Origin: Spirulina sp.
GTDB taxonomy: Bacteria; Cyanobacteriota; Cyanobacteriia; Phormidesmidales; Phormidesmidaceae
DNA length: 64,000 nucleotides
Direction of reading: 5' to 3'
Assembly (NCBI GenBank): GCA_044070495.1
Contig: JBIPSI010000007.1
Coordinates: 92,261 to 156,260, forward strand
The notes under the pieces are model-generated. The model saw only the letters and a program-made list of their open reading frames with translations, had not been told where the DNA came from and did not search any database. This document shows positions 1 through 10,667 of the stretch, piece by piece; positions within the stretch are counted from its first letter, which is position 1, and every line of letters starts with the position of its first letter. Both the position numbers and the translations under genes were made by a program.

Positions 1-3000
1 CCCGTTCCCGTCAGATCCTGGGGATCCTTCACGGTCACGGTGTAGTTGGGCACCACGCTGGTACCGTTTTGCACAAAGCGCACCTGGTTCGCCGTCACCT
101 GGGCCTGGGTAAAGCTGAACACGGCGGTTCCCGGCGTGCTGGTGAGCTCAAACTGGCCCCCCACCACGCTAGACACCTCAAAGCGGAGTTCCCCAGCCGG
201 GGTTTCTGGATCGCTGGCCCGCAGCACGCCACCAGTGGTGCCGCCTGTGACGCCATCGCCAAAGATTACCGTGCCGCCCTCGGCAATGGTGAGGGTATTG
301 GCGACGATGGTGGGGGCATCGTTAATCGGCGTGAAGTTCACGGTGCCCACCTGGGTGGTGGTGCGCGGAGTGGTGGGGTCGTCGTCGGTGACGGTGATGG
401 TGTAGGTGGGTGGGGTTTCTTCGTCGGCGGGGGGCTGGGTAAACTGAATATCTCCCAGAATGATGTCCCCTAGGGTAAAGCTCAAGATCGCCGTCCCCGG
501 AGCACTCACCCGCTCGAAGCGCCCCCCGGTCACCGCCGTAATATCGAAGCGCAGGTTGGTATCCAGGCTTTCCACATCGGTAGCATTGATGTTAGCGGTG
601 GAAAGCACCAGGGTGCCGCCTTCGGTAAGGTCAAAGCTGTTGGCCGTAAAGGTCGGCGCATCGTTGACGTTGGTGAAGGTAACGTTGCCGTTGCTGGTCA
701 CCACGCCGCCCGTGCTATCGCTAACGCTGAGGGTGTAGCTGGGGGTTTCTTCGGTGCCGTTGTGGACAAAGCGAATGGTCTGGTCGTCTAGTTGCTGCTG
801 GGTGAAACTGGTGATGGCTACCCCGGCATTGGAGACATCCTCAAACTGCCCTGCCGTTACGGCGGTGACGGTGTAGACAATCTGGGTTTTGTCGAGGGTT
901 TCCTCGTCGGTGGTCACCAGATCGGGATTGAGGGGATCGGCATTGAACAGGAACGCCCCCTCTTCTTCGATGATCAGCCGATTGCGCTGCACCACGGGCA
1001 GATCGTTCACCGAGGTAAAGGTCACCTCGGCGTTCCTAAAGGTGTTGCCGCCGTCGCTGTCGAGTACCTGAATGGCGTAGGTTGGGCGGGTTTCGGTGCC
1101 ATTGTGCACAAACCGCACCCGTTGGTTAATGATGTCCTCGCGGGTGAAGCGGCTGGTCTTCACAAACACGCCGCTGCCGTCCTTAAGCTGGAACTCGCCC
1201 CCGGCAAAGGTATCGTTTTCCACAAACACGCTGGCCGCAATCTGCCCCACCACAAAGGTGAGGGTGTTGTCGTTGTCTTCAACGTCGCTGGCGTTGATGT
1301 CGGTGGTGGTAATCAGCCGGGTTTGGCCCTCGGTGATGGTGAGGCGATTGTTAATCAGGTTCGGCGCATCGTTGAGGTTGGTAAAGACAATATTGGCCTC
1401 GCTTTCCACCTCGTTCACCCCATCGCTGACGGTGAGGGTGTAGGTGGGGGCCGCTTCGTCGCCATTGTGGACAAACTGCACCCGGCTATTGTCGATGTCG
1501 TCTTGGGTGAAGCTGGTAATCGCCGTGCCGGGATTGGCCACCAGTTCAAACCGCCCACCGCTGAGGCCGCTGACGGTGTAAGTGAGGCCCGTGGCGGGGG
1601 TCTCTTCGTCGCTGGTGGCAATGTTGCTGCCCGATAGCACCAGGGTCTGCCCTTCGTCGATGGTGAGGGTATTGGTGCCAAAGATAGGGATGTCGTTCAC
1701 GGTGGTGAAACTCACCGTGGCGGGGCCGCTGGCGGTGAGGGGTTCCGCATCCCGCACCGTGAGGGTGTAGGCGGGGGCCACCTCGTTGCCGGAATGCACA
1801 AACCGCACGTTGCCGTTGAGGATGTCTTGGCGGCTGAAGGTGGTGGTGGGGCTAAAGGGCGTGGTGCTGCTGGCCCGCCGTTCAAAGGTGCCCGCCGCCG
1901 GATTGAGGCCGCTAATGTCAAAGATCAGGGTGTTGTCGTCGTTGTCGGGGTCGGTGGCGTCGATATTTTGCAGGGTGATGGTCACGACGTCGCCCTCGGT
2001 GAGGGTGAGGCTGTTGGCCAAAATCCGAGGCGGGTCGTTGACGTTAATAAAGGTAACCACGGCAGAACTGGGGGTAGAGAGCAATCCGTCGCTGACGGTG
2101 TATTCCAACACAGGCACAATGTCTTCGCCACCATGGACAAAGGTGACCCGACCACCGTCAATGTCGGCCTGGGTAAAGGTAGTTTGGGTGGTACCACTCA
2201 CCTGAATCACGCCGCCTTCGATGCGGGTAATGGTGTATTGCAACTCACCCTCACGATTCGTCAGCGCCAGTTCTTCATCGGTGGCGCTGAGGCTCGCACT
2301 GGTGATCAACGTCGGTTGGCCCTCGGTTACCGTAAAGCTGCGGTTGCCGATCACCGGGGCATCGTTGACCGGAATAAAGGTGATGTTGGCCGGAGTGGTG
2401 ACTACGCCGCCAGTGCTGCCATCCCGCACCGTAATGCTGAAGGCAGGGCGCGTTTCGTTACCGTCATCAATAAAGGTGACGCGCCCCTCAATCACATCCA
2501 GCAGGTTAAAGAAGTTGTCGGATCCGCCCGCCACGGCAAACCGTTCCCCCGTTGCTAGGCCAGTAATCTCAAAGGCGAGGTTGGGGTCAAAGGTTTCAAT
2601 GTCGGTGGCATTGAGGTTGGCCTGGGTAATCAGCAGCGGCTGCCCCTCGGTGATGGTGAACTGGTTGGCCGTAATCACCGGCAGGTCGTTCACCGCATCC
2701 AGGAATAGGTTGACCACCACGGTATCTACGCCGCCGTCGCCATCGCTCAGTTCTAGGGTAAAGAAATCGGCCCCAGAGACATTCGGGTTGGGCGTGTAGC
2801 GAAATTCCTGGGGTTGTCCGGCCACGGCGGGCAGAATCGTTACCGTGCCCTGGTTGGGAGCTGCCGAAACGCGCCACTGCAAGGTATCGGTCACCCCCGG
2901 ATCCTGTGCTCCTAGGGAGAAGAGAATCGGGGTATCTTCCTGGCCCAGGGGCAGGGTAATGCTGGGGGGCACCGCCGTCCCACCCGCATCGGTAATGGTG

Positions 3001-5765
3001 GGGGCCACGTTGTTGACGGTGATCGCCTGGGTGCGGCTGGTCATGGCCCCAGCGGCGTCCTCCACCATGACGGTGACGGTGTAGTTGCCCTCATCGGCGT
3101 AGGTGTGGCTGCGGGCGGGCAGGGTGTAGGTGGTGCCCGCTAGGGTCAGATCCGTGGCGGCTAGGGTGGTCACGGGAGTGCCATCACCCCAGTCAATGGT
3201 GACCGTGTGGCTGTCGCCGCTGTCTACGTCCGTAAAGCTGCCCGTCAGGCTAATGCTGCTGCCTTCATTGATCGTGGTGAAGTCCGGGGTAATCGCTAAG
3301 CTCGTCGGATCGTCGTTGACGGGCTCCACATCCACCAGCACGTTGATGATGCTGACCCCGCCGTTGCCGTCGCTGACCTGAACATCAAAGCTGGTGTTTT
3401 GGTCAAAGTTAGCCGCTGGGGTAAAGACTAGGGTTTGGCTACCGGAACCGTTGGGGTTGGTGACAAAGGTGACGGTGCCGTTGGGGGGCTGGGCCACCAC
3501 CGACCACTGGAAGGTCGTATCTGCCGGATCGGTGGCGTCCAGATCGAAGGTGAGGGGGGTGTCTTCGTCGGTGCTGAGCGCCAGGAATGCCCCCTGCACA
3601 ATGCTAGGAGCCACATTGGCCACCGGTAAAGATAGGGTATCGCTGACGGTCAAATTGGCGGAATCCCGCACAATGGCGCTAATGGAGAACGCCCCAGCGC
3701 CGCTATCGGCTAGGTAGGTGTGGCTGGTGGTAAAGCGATAGTTGCCGTTGCCGAGGTTGGTCACATCGCCGTTAGACAGCACTACGGCGGGGGTGCCATC
3801 GCCCCAGTTGATGGTGACCGTAAAGGTATCCCCCAGGTCAGGGTCCGAGAAGATCCCGGTTAGGGTGAAGGTATCCCCTTCGTTGATGGTTGCCACATCC
3901 CCTAGGATATTGAGGCCCCTCGGTGGGTCGGGCTGGGGCACCACGGTGACGTTCACCACAATGGTGTCGAAGCCGCCATTGTTATCCGCCACCTGCACCT
4001 CAAAGGTGTCGGTGCCCGCAAAGTCGGGGTTGGGCAGGTAGGAAATAATTTGGTTGCGGCCCGTGGGCGAGGTGGAAACGCTGGCCGTACCGTTGCTGGC
4101 CTGGTTGAGAATGTCCCAGGTGAGGGTATCCAGGCGTCCTGGATCGGTGGCATTGAGGGTGAAGGTGGTGGGGCTGTCTTCGTTTACCGAAATCGCCAGC
4201 GTTGCCCCCTGGGTAATGGTGGGCGGCACGTTATTGACCACTACGGCAACGGTGCGCGGGGCTGAGGTGAGGCCGCTGGCATCTTCCACCGTCATGGTGA
4301 TGGTGTAGGTGGCGTTGTCTTGGTAGGTGTGGCGCAGGTTGGCGAAGGAAAAATTACCGTCGGCATCGGGGCCAGCCAGGTTTGCGCCGCCGATCACATC
4401 GCTGGTGCCATCGCCCCAACTAATGGTGACCGTATGCAGATCGTCGGCATCGGCGTCCCTAAAGCTGCCCGACACCGTAATCTGACCACCCTCGTTAATA
4501 CTGCTTTGGTTCGTGGTTAGCCCGGTGATGATCGGGGCTTCGTTGACATCCAAAATGTTGACGGTGACCAACTGCTCGTTGCTTAGCCCCCCGGCATCGG
4601 TGGCCCGCACCAACAGGTTATAGGCGGTGGCAAAGGTTTCAAAGTTGAGATCGTCCGCATCGTTGACGGTGATCGCCCCCGTGCTGGCGTTAATCAGAAA
4701 GGCTCGGTTGCCGTCGTTGTCGTTGTCGGGGTTGCCCGACACCAGCGACCAGGTCAGTCCGGGCTCGTTGGCGGTTACCGTACCCACCGCCACCCCATTG
4801 GCCGAGTGCTCGTTAATGTTAAAGACTTGGTTCGGCGTAATCTGCGGGGCCGTATTCAGGTTGAGCTGTACCGCCCCCGTGGCCGACCCTACCCCATCCA
4901 CCGCAAAGTAGTAGGTGGTGCCCGCCACGGCGGTAAAGGTCACCTGGCTCTTGAGGTTGCTGCCGCTGATGTTGTCGTTAAAAGCCACCTGGTTAAGGCT
5001 GTTGACGGAACCGCCCGTATACACCGCCAGCACCGTGTTGTTGAGGGCGCTGCCGATGGTATCCAACGTAATCAGCCCCGTGGTGGTCGCCGTCCACTGC
5101 CACCAGATCGAATTGTTGAGGCTCTCCTGCACGGACTGGTTCAATCCGCTTACATTGGGGTCGTGGATGGGTTCGCCCAACTGGTGGGTCGCCCCTACGG
5201 TGGTTCCGGTGTTGGTGCTGGGCGTCCACACCGTGGCACCAGCAAAGTTGTCGGTTCCCAGCACCGCTCGGTATTGGGCCGCCAAAGCAGCACCGACCAA
5301 CAACCGAGGCGAAACCTGCCCCACGGTGGTATCGAGCCGCCAGTCGCCCCCCAAATCGCCATGGCCCACCAGCCGAGGGGAAGCCGCAACCCCTGCCCCG
5401 GTCAAATGGTGGATTCTCGCCAAAAACTCAGCCCCGGCATCCCCCGCCGCCACCTGACAACCGTAGAGGTAAATTTGGGGCGAGGAATCGGTGGCGAACC
5501 AGTGACCTAGGGCCTCGGTGTAGCGATCCAGGCTGTCCAAATCCAGGTGGGTGTTGCCTAGGCTGAGGCGTCCCGGCGCACCGTGGGCCACCACAATCAG
5601 GGTATCCGTTGGGTGATGCCCCAGGGCCTCGGTGATCACCGCCACCCCATCCTCATCGGCCTGGATAACGCGGAGAGAACCCTGGCCGCCTAGCTCATCC
5701 ATCAAGCGCCAGCATTCATCTACCTGAGAATCGACAACAATGAGAGGACTAGGGTAGTTTGCCAT
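1..5765 (-). CDS. Giant surface/adhesin protein: N-terminal DUF4347, PPC-like, cadherin, PKD and cadherin-like (Ig-fold) repeats; 3' part runs off the window
   Basis: ATG at 5765 gives MANYPSPLIVVDSQVDE...VAHGAPGRLSLG...IYLYGCQVAAGDAGAEFL...GGDWRL (DUF4347 pattern), then NTAPQITPNQVFNINEHSANG...LNFET...VRATDAGGLS (cadherin) and IDWGDG/VNDAP-type repeats. It is absent from the ORF track, presumably because no stop occurs before the window edge; not every codon was checked. Confidence 0.85.
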   Translation of the reverse strand, partial: MANYPSPLIVVDSQVDECWRLMDELGGQGSLRVIQADEDGVAVITEALGHHPTDTLIVVAHGAPGRLSLGNTHLDLDSLDRYTEALGHWFATDSSPQIYLYGCQVAAGDAGAEFLARIHHLTGAGVAASPRLVGHGDLGGDWRLDTTVGQVSPRLLVGAALAAQYRAVLGTDNFAGATVWTPSTNTGTTVGATHQLGEPIHDPNVSGLNQSVQESLNNSIWWQWTATTTGLITLDTIGSALNNTVLAVYTGGSVNSLNQVAFNDNISGSNLKSQVTFTAVAGTTYYFAVDGVGSATGAVQLNLNTAPQITPNQVFNINEHSANGVAVGTVTANEPGLTWSLVSGNPDNDNDGNRAFLINASTGAITVNDADDLNFETFATAYNLLVRATDAGGLSNEQLVTVNILDVNEAPIITGLTTNQSSINEGGQITVSGSFRDADADDLHTVTISWGDGTSDVIGGANLAGPDADGNFSFANLRHTYQDNATYTITMTVEDASGLTSAPRTVAVVVNNVPPTITQGATLAISVNEDSPTTFTLNATDPGRLDTLTWDILNQASNGTASVSTSPTGRNQIISYLPNPDFAGTDTFEVQVADNNGGFDTIVVNVTVVPQPDPPRGLNILGDVATINEGDTFTLTGIFSDPDLGDTFTVTINWGDGTPAVVLSNGDVTNLGNGNYRFTTSHTYLADSGAGAFSISAIVRDSANLTVSDTLSLPVANVAPSIVQGAFLALSTDEDTPLTFDLDATDPADTTFQWSVVAQPPNGTVTFVTNPNGSGSQTLVFTPAANFDQNTSFDVQVSDGNGGVSIINVLVDVEPVNDDPTSLAITPDFTTINEGSSISLTGSFTDVDSGDSHTVTIDWGDGTPVTTLAATDLTLAGTTYTLPARSHTYADEGNYTVTVMVEDAAGAMTSRTQAITVNNVAPTITDAGGTAVPPSITLPLGQEDTPILFSLGAQDPGVTDTLQWRVSAAPNQGTVTILPAVAGQPQEFRYTPNPNVSGADFFTLELSDGDGGVDTVVVNLFLDAVNDLPVITANQFTITEGQPLLITQANLNATDIETFDPNLAFEITGLATGERFAVAGGSDNFFNLLDVIEGRVTFIDDGNETRPAFSITVRDGSTGGVVTTPANITFIPVNDAPVIGNRSFTVTEGQPTLITSASLSATDEELALTNREGELQYTITRIEGGVIQVSGTTQTTFTQADIDGGRVTFVHGGEDIVPVLEYTVSDGLLSTPSSAVVTFINVNDPPRILANSLTLTEGDVVTITLQNIDATDPDNDDNTLIFDISGLNPAAGTFERRASSTTPFSPTTTFSRQDILNGNVRFVHSGNEVAPAYTLTVRDAEPLTASGPATVSFTTVNDIPIFGTNTLTIDEGQTLVLSGSNIATSDEETPATGLTYTVSGLSGGRFELVANPGTAITSFTQDDIDNSRVQFVHNGDEAAPTYTLTVSDGVNEVESEANIVFTNLNDAPNLINNRLTITEGQTRLITTTDINASDVEDNDNTLTFVVGQIAASVFVENDTFAGGEFQLKDGSGVFVKTSRFTREDIINQRVRFVHNGTETRPTYAIQVLDSDGGNTFRNAEVTFTSVNDLPVVQRNRLIIEEEGAFLFNADPLNPDLVTTDEETLDKTQIVYTVTAVTAGQFEDVSNAGVAITSFTQQQLDDQTIRFVHNGTEETPSYTLSVSDSTGGVVTSNGNVTFTNVNDAPTFTANSFDLTEGGTLVLSTANINATDVESLDTNLRFDITAVTGGRFERVSAPGTAILSFTLGDIILGDIQFTQPPADEETPPTYTITVTDDDPTTPRTTTQVGTVNFTPINDAPTIVANTLTIAEGGTVIFGDGVTGGTTGGVLRASDPETPAGELRFEVSSVVGGQFELTSTPGTAVFSFTQAQVTANQVRFVQNGTSVVPNYTVTVKDPQDLTGT

Positions 5766-6767
5766 GATCTGACGCTCCTAAACTTTGGGGGATAAATAAA
5801 TGAGGGGGTGACGGTAGACAAGGGTATTTAGTCAGCAATCAACATCGCAAAACGAACGCCCTAAATCCACAAACAGCGGGCCGCAGAACATCGGGCATCA
5901 CCAAGGGCCAACCCACCCTTATCAGCACTCGCCGCAGTGAATTAGCACGCCTAAAACTAGGGCTAGGAATCGGGGTCAAGGGGCTAACTCCAGGGGTCAT
6001 TAGGGAATCATCTTGGGCAAGTTTTCCCGGATCGAGCTTGGCCCGTCCAAGACTAGGATCATTCATCAGCATTCCCCGATGCTCCACGAAAGTTTCACGG
6101 TTAACATATCCGTGCTTTTGTTGATATTTTTTAACGATCTCTTGTGAATTCTAAAAACGACCCAAGCTCGGCAAAACGAAGCGAGATCGTATCCAGTACG
6201 ATGCCCCTAACGACCGACCACTGGGAAGCCAGGGTGGCGAATGGCGGTGTTTATTTAGACATTGAACCTACCTAACTAGACCCTCAGGTCACCCATGGAG
6301 ACCCCATCAACGGCAGAGTAGCCGTGGTCTCACTGTTCTATCGTTCACTCATTCCCTATCCTAGGAAGCAAACCTAAGAATGGTATAGGAATGGTATAAA
6401 AACTTACGAAGAGGAAAATCTGGAGCGAACCGAAAACCCTAGGGATTGACCGCTAGCAATTAACCCTAGCGACTACAGTGCAGCCCCAAAAAACCTCGGT
6501 ATCCTTAGACACCTCATCGACTCATTTTAATTGCCCTAACTCAGGGCAACTCAGCGCCCTACGTAGGCGCGGATCTCTCGTAAAAATTTATCTCTGGGTT
6601 GGGCGAACTCAGCCCAGGCGCGATACGAGGAAAAACCACTGGGTAGACCATAGCAATAAGGCTAAGAAACAGCCGCTAGCTTGGCCTAAATGATACTGAA
6701 GGTCGCGGAGGATGGATCAGTTATTTATGTATCTTTTCTATCCCGTGGTGATCGTGGTGGATCCGTC

Positions 6768-7418
6768 CTAGATCGTCGTTAAGGGAGGCGTTAGGGGTTT
6801 TTGGGCCTGGATAACCTGGAGGCTCCCTCCAGCGTAGAGGCGGGACGTAACGGAATGGAAACCCAGGCGATCGAGTTCTTCAGGAATATCGGCCTTGAGC
6901 ATGGCCCAGGCGGTATGGGTCTCAAACAACCATAGAAACGTGGCCAACCCCGGCCAATAAATAGGATTGTGGGGCCGGTGAAAGTCCACCACTGCCACTA
7001 TGCCCCCAGGCCGCAGAACCCGCAAGATTTCTGCAAAGATTTGTTGCCGTTGTCCGGGTTCCATCTCATGGAGGGCGGCACTGCTGTGGACAAGGCCAAA
7101 GGAATTATCCTCCAAGGGCATCCGTTCGGCCCAGCCCTCCACAAATGTAGCCTGGGGCACGTTGCGCCTAGCTCGTTCGATGGATCGCGGAGAGGCATCC
7201 AGCCCCGTTACCCGCTGGCTATAGTTCACCAAAAATGCCGTGGTTTGGCCACTACCGCAGCAGAGATCCAGCACCGGGGTTTCTGGGGTGAGGGTGAGGT
7301 TTTGCAGCGATAGGGTACGAAACCGGGTCTCGCCACCCACCGAAAGGGCTGCCGTGCGGGAAATGCCATCGTATAACCACTGATGGCGATAGCTGAGGGG
7401 ACGTAAAAAAGTTGCCAT
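6768..7418 (-). CDS. Class I SAM-dependent methyltransferase (UbiE/MenG-like)
   Basis: VLDLCCGSGQ motif I, TGLDAS, LRPGG. Confidence 0.85.
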   Translation of the reverse strand: MATFLRPLSYRHQWLYDGISRTAALSVGGETRFRTLSLQNLTLTPETPVLDLCCGSGQTTAFLVNYSQRVTGLDASPRSIERARRNVPQATFVEGWAERMPLEDNSFGLVHSSAALHEMEPGQRQQIFAEILRVLRPGGIVAVVDFHRPHNPIYWPGLATFLWLFETHTAWAMLKADIPEELDRLGFHSVTSRLYAGGSLQVIQAQKPLTPPLTTI

Positions 7419-7694
7419 TTTTCTATTATGACGGAATTATTTACCGCCATCCTGGCCGCAGTATCCGCAATAATCACGGGCAACAATGGCCTGAAGCTCT
7501 ATCTGGCAAGGGTTTTCGGCCCTGTCCCGGCTCTGCTTGCCCCCACGGCAGGGCACAGTAGAGTAGTATCGGGGGTATGGCAGCGACTTTAACCTACCCA
7601 TTGCGTCTATTGCGCTGGCGCTCAGGTCTTTTAAAGCGGTGGCTAGGATGGCCTGAGCACAGCCGTCCCAGGATGTTGTTTATCTGGGAATCCC

Positions 7695-8264
7695 ATGGAT
7701 AAGTTTGCCCTATATGCCTGCCCAACCGGATCCCTAGCGGATCAAATTCAAGCCTTCTTAGACCGCAGCCAAGCCACCTGGGGCACGGAGGCTACCCCCT
7801 TGGGCCTGCCCTGCTGCAAGCTGATCGACCCCTTTGAGGAACAGGGCCACACCCTGCCCATCTATACCCAAACCCTAGAACGGGCCTACAAACGCGGCAT
7901 GCGCTCTTGCCCCGATATGGCCCTTCAGGTAGACGGATGGCAGCAGACCACCGACAGCCTCACCCTCGCCCTTACGGCCCCCTGGTTGCGCCAGGTGATG
8001 GTGAACTTTGCCTGCACGGTGAAATCCCCCACCCGCAAAATGCCCCTGCGTATTCAAGAACACCTGCGCCTAGTGCTGGCCCAGGGGCAAGGCAAGGCCC
8101 AAACCCAGGCCATGGCCCAATTGGCAGAGGAGATGATCGATCTCAACCGTCCCAGCCATTGGGAAATGCGGTTTTATCAGCGCACCGCCCGCCAAACCTG
8201 GATGGTACGCCAAACCTGGGTCTTGGGCGAAGGACTCCGCAACGTTGAGGCGCTGGTGGGGTAG
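7695..8264 (+). CDS. Conserved cyanobacterial hypothetical protein, 2H-phosphoesterase-like with degenerate motifs
   Basis: 189-aa ORF, N-terminus LYACPTGSL; stop abuts the next ATG (TAG ATG). Confidence 0.55.
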   Translation: MDKFALYACPTGSLADQIQAFLDRSQATWGTEATPLGLPCCKLIDPFEEQGHTLPIYTQTLERAYKRGMRSCPDMALQVDGWQQTTDSLTLALTAPWLRQVMVNFACTVKSPTRKMPLRIQEHLRLVLAQGQGKAQTQAMAQLAEEMIDLNRPSHWEMRFYQRTARQTWMVRQTWVLGEGLRNVEALVG

Positions 8265-8981
8265 ATGGATCGGCCTTGGATCACCCTGGTGTTGGCCATG
8301 AGCCTGGATGGCAAAATTGCCGATACCCAGCGACGGGCGGCGCGATTTTCTTCCCAGGCCGATCTTGAACACCTGGAGGCCAGGGTAGCGGCGGCGGATG
8401 GCGTGCTGTTTGGCGGCGGCACCCTGCGAGCCTACGGCACCACCCTCAGCGTCCGCAATCCTGCGCTGATTGAAGCCCGCCGTCAGCGAGGCCAACCCAA
8501 TCAGCCCATTCACATTGTTTGGTCACCATCGGGGCAACTAGATCCGCAGTGGCGCTTTTTTCAGCAGCCCATCCCCCGTGGACTGATTACCACCACCGCC
8601 GGGGCAAAACCCTGGCAATCGGGGGCGCACTTTGATCGCCTGTGGGTGATGCCCGATGACCAGATCGCTCCCTGGAATTGGCCAGAACTGCTAGCTCAGT
8701 TTCCCGCCCAAGGGCTCCACAGCCTAGCCCTCCTCGGCGGCGGTTACCTCACCGCCGAACTCCTTCGCCACGGGCTGGTTCATGAGGTTTACATTACCCT
8801 CTGCCCCCTACTGCTGGGGGGTGCCACCGCCCCCACCCCCGTGGATGGCGAGGGGTTTTTGGCCGAAGTCGCCCCCCGCCTTACCCTCTTGGAAAGCCAC
8901 GTTGTGGGCGACGAAGTGTTTCTGCACTACCTCGTCCAATCACCGCCCCACCGGCCCACGGCCCGTCGTACCAGGCCTTGA
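8265..8981 (+). CDS. RibD C-terminal (reductase) domain family protein
   Basis: LAMSLDGKIAD, GGGTLR, LLGGGYL, GLVHEVYITLCPLLLGG motifs. Confidence 0.85.
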   Translation: MDRPWITLVLAMSLDGKIADTQRRAARFSSQADLEHLEARVAAADGVLFGGGTLRAYGTTLSVRNPALIEARRQRGQPNQPIHIVWSPSGQLDPQWRFFQQPIPRGLITTTAGAKPWQSGAHFDRLWVMPDDQIAPWNWPELLAQFPAQGLHSLALLGGGYLTAELLRHGLVHEVYITLCPLLLGGATAPTPVDGEGFLAEVAPRLTLLESHVVGDEVFLHYLVQSPPHRPTARRTRP

Positions 8982-9391
8982 TGCTAAGCAAAGTTTTGTA
9001 ATCAACGCTACAGTTTTAGGGCAAGATCCGCAAAAATGTAGTTGTCGCTACAGATTGCAGGAGACTTGCCATGCTTCCTCCCAGCTCCAGCCAGAATCGT
9101 CGCCAAGTCATCAGCGAACTGCGCCACCAGCTCCGCTACGCCAGCATTGAAGAACGGTCTCGCATTCGCCAGGAACTGAATTTCTGGATGCAGCACCGCT
9201 AAGGGCCATTTCTCCCATTCCCTAATGGCCTATTCCCTGATGGCCTGAGATGATCCTAAGCCCTCCTACTCCTCAATTGGGCTGAGGCAAGGGGATAGCT
9301 GTGGTCATCGGCCCATGGGGATAGGCGTTCACCGCCACCCAAGGTACCCTAAATGGACAGGCGACCTCAGGGGATGGGGGAATTACGAACC

Positions 9392-9799
9392 ATGCAAGGC
9401 GAAACCGATCTGAAGACGCTGATCGCAACCATGCGGCCCCATCTGCACGGATCGCCCTACGTTTTTTGCACCGTCAACCGGGAGGCCGATGTCGGTCTCC
9501 CGGTTTCTCCCGTGGGCACCTTCCAGGAGGAAGAGGGTATGACCCTGATCCTGACCCAGCAGCAAGCCTTGGATCAGGGGCTGGCCTTTGAGATGCTGTG
9601 GGCCTGTGTCACCCTGACGGTGCATTCCGCGTTGTCTGCGGTCGGGTTTCTGGCCGCCATCACCACTCGGCTGGCGGAGGCGGGTGTTAGCGTTAACCCC
9701 GTTTCCGCCTACTACCACGATCACCTCTTTGTGCCCTGGGAACGACGGCAGGAGGTCGTCGCTATCCTAGAAGACTTGCAGCAAACCTCTGCCGCCTAG
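9392..9799 (+). CDS. ACT-domain protein (DUF2241/ACT_7-like)
   Basis: MQGETDLKTLIATMRP...FQEEEGMTLI...TVHSALSAVGFLAAI...NPVSAYYHDHLFVP. Confidence 0.85.
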   Translation: MQGETDLKTLIATMRPHLHGSPYVFCTVNREADVGLPVSPVGTFQEEEGMTLILTQQQALDQGLAFEMLWACVTLTVHSALSAVGFLAAITTRLAEAGVSVNPVSAYYHDHLFVPWERRQEVVAILEDLQQTSAA

Positions 9800-9976
9800 G
9801 CCAATCCCCAATCCGAATTCCGTACCCCCGCATCTCAACCCGTCTCATTGTAGGTAGGGGCGAGGTCTCCTCGCCCAGGAGTTGGTGTAGGTCTAACAAC
9901 TCCGATTCAGGCTATTCCTCGGTGATGTAATGTTTCGTTAAGCTATGGGAGTAGCGTTGCCGAGCGGCCCTTTTCC

Positions 9977-10456
9977 ATGACCTCTCCCTCCCTAAAGCCA
10001 GCCTCTGCGTCCCCCTCGACTGCCCCCACCTGGCGCATTAACCTGCTCTACGATGGCCAATGCCCGCTCTGCCTGTGGGAGGTGGAGATGCTGAAACGCA
10101 AGGACAAGGGCCGGGGGCTGGTGAAATTTACCGACATTGCCGAGGACGATTACTCCGCTGCCGAAAATGGTGGGGTAGACTACGCGACCGCCATGGGGCG
10201 CATCCATGCGGTGCGGGCCGATGGCACCGTAATCAAGAATGTGGAAGTCTTTCGCCAGGTGTACCAAGTGCTGGGGGCTGGCTGGATCTATGCCCCCACC
10301 GGCTGGCCCATCCTTGGCCCGGTGGTGGATTGGGTCTATGGTCTGTGGGCGCGGTGGCGCTTGGCGATCACCGGCAGACCCAGCCTAGAAACCCTACTGG
10401 CCGAACGGGAAGCCCGCCTTGCCGCTGGTTGTGGGGATCGTTGCCGAGCAGAGTAA
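9977..10456 (+). CDS. DCC1-like thiol-disulfide oxidoreductase (DUF393)
   Basis: LLYDGQCPLC (DxxCxxC) and MGRIHA motifs. Confidence 0.85.
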   Translation: MTSPSLKPASASPSTAPTWRINLLYDGQCPLCLWEVEMLKRKDKGRGLVKFTDIAEDDYSAAENGGVDYATAMGRIHAVRADGTVIKNVEVFRQVYQVLGAGWIYAPTGWPILGPVVDWVYGLWARWRLAITGRPSLETLLAEREARLAAGCGDRCRAE

Positions 10457-10634
10457 CCGCCGACTGGATCGAGGGAGAGAAACCCGGTTTCTTCCTTTGG
10501 AACGGCCAAATCCCCTAGGTACACCAACGAAGAAACCGGGTTTCTGTATCGATGTTCTAGGCCAAGGGGCGCGGAGGGGCAAGGCTCCACCGTTCCCTCA
10601 GGCCCATGGAGGATGCCCTATAATGAGGACAGAC

Positions 10635-10652
10635 AATGTAAACAGATGTAAC
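10635..10652 (-). promoter_or_regulatory. HLR1-like direct repeat (candidate RpaB site)
   Basis: Minus strand GTTACATC-TG-TTTACATT versus consensus (G/T)TTACA(T/A)(T/A)-N2-(G/T)TTACA(T/A)(T/A): one mismatch. Confidence 0.5.
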
Positions 10653-10667
10653 ATTTCTGAGATTCCT

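Noticed and set aside
46-5510. Many + strand ORFs up to 281 aa
   Set aside because: Antisense shadows of the giant minus-strand repeat protein; no recognisable motifs.
9008-9196. 62-aa minus-strand ORF (LHPEIQFLANARPFF...)
   Set aside because: Protein-like composition but GTG start without a clear RBS and no family recognised; at most a gene fragment.
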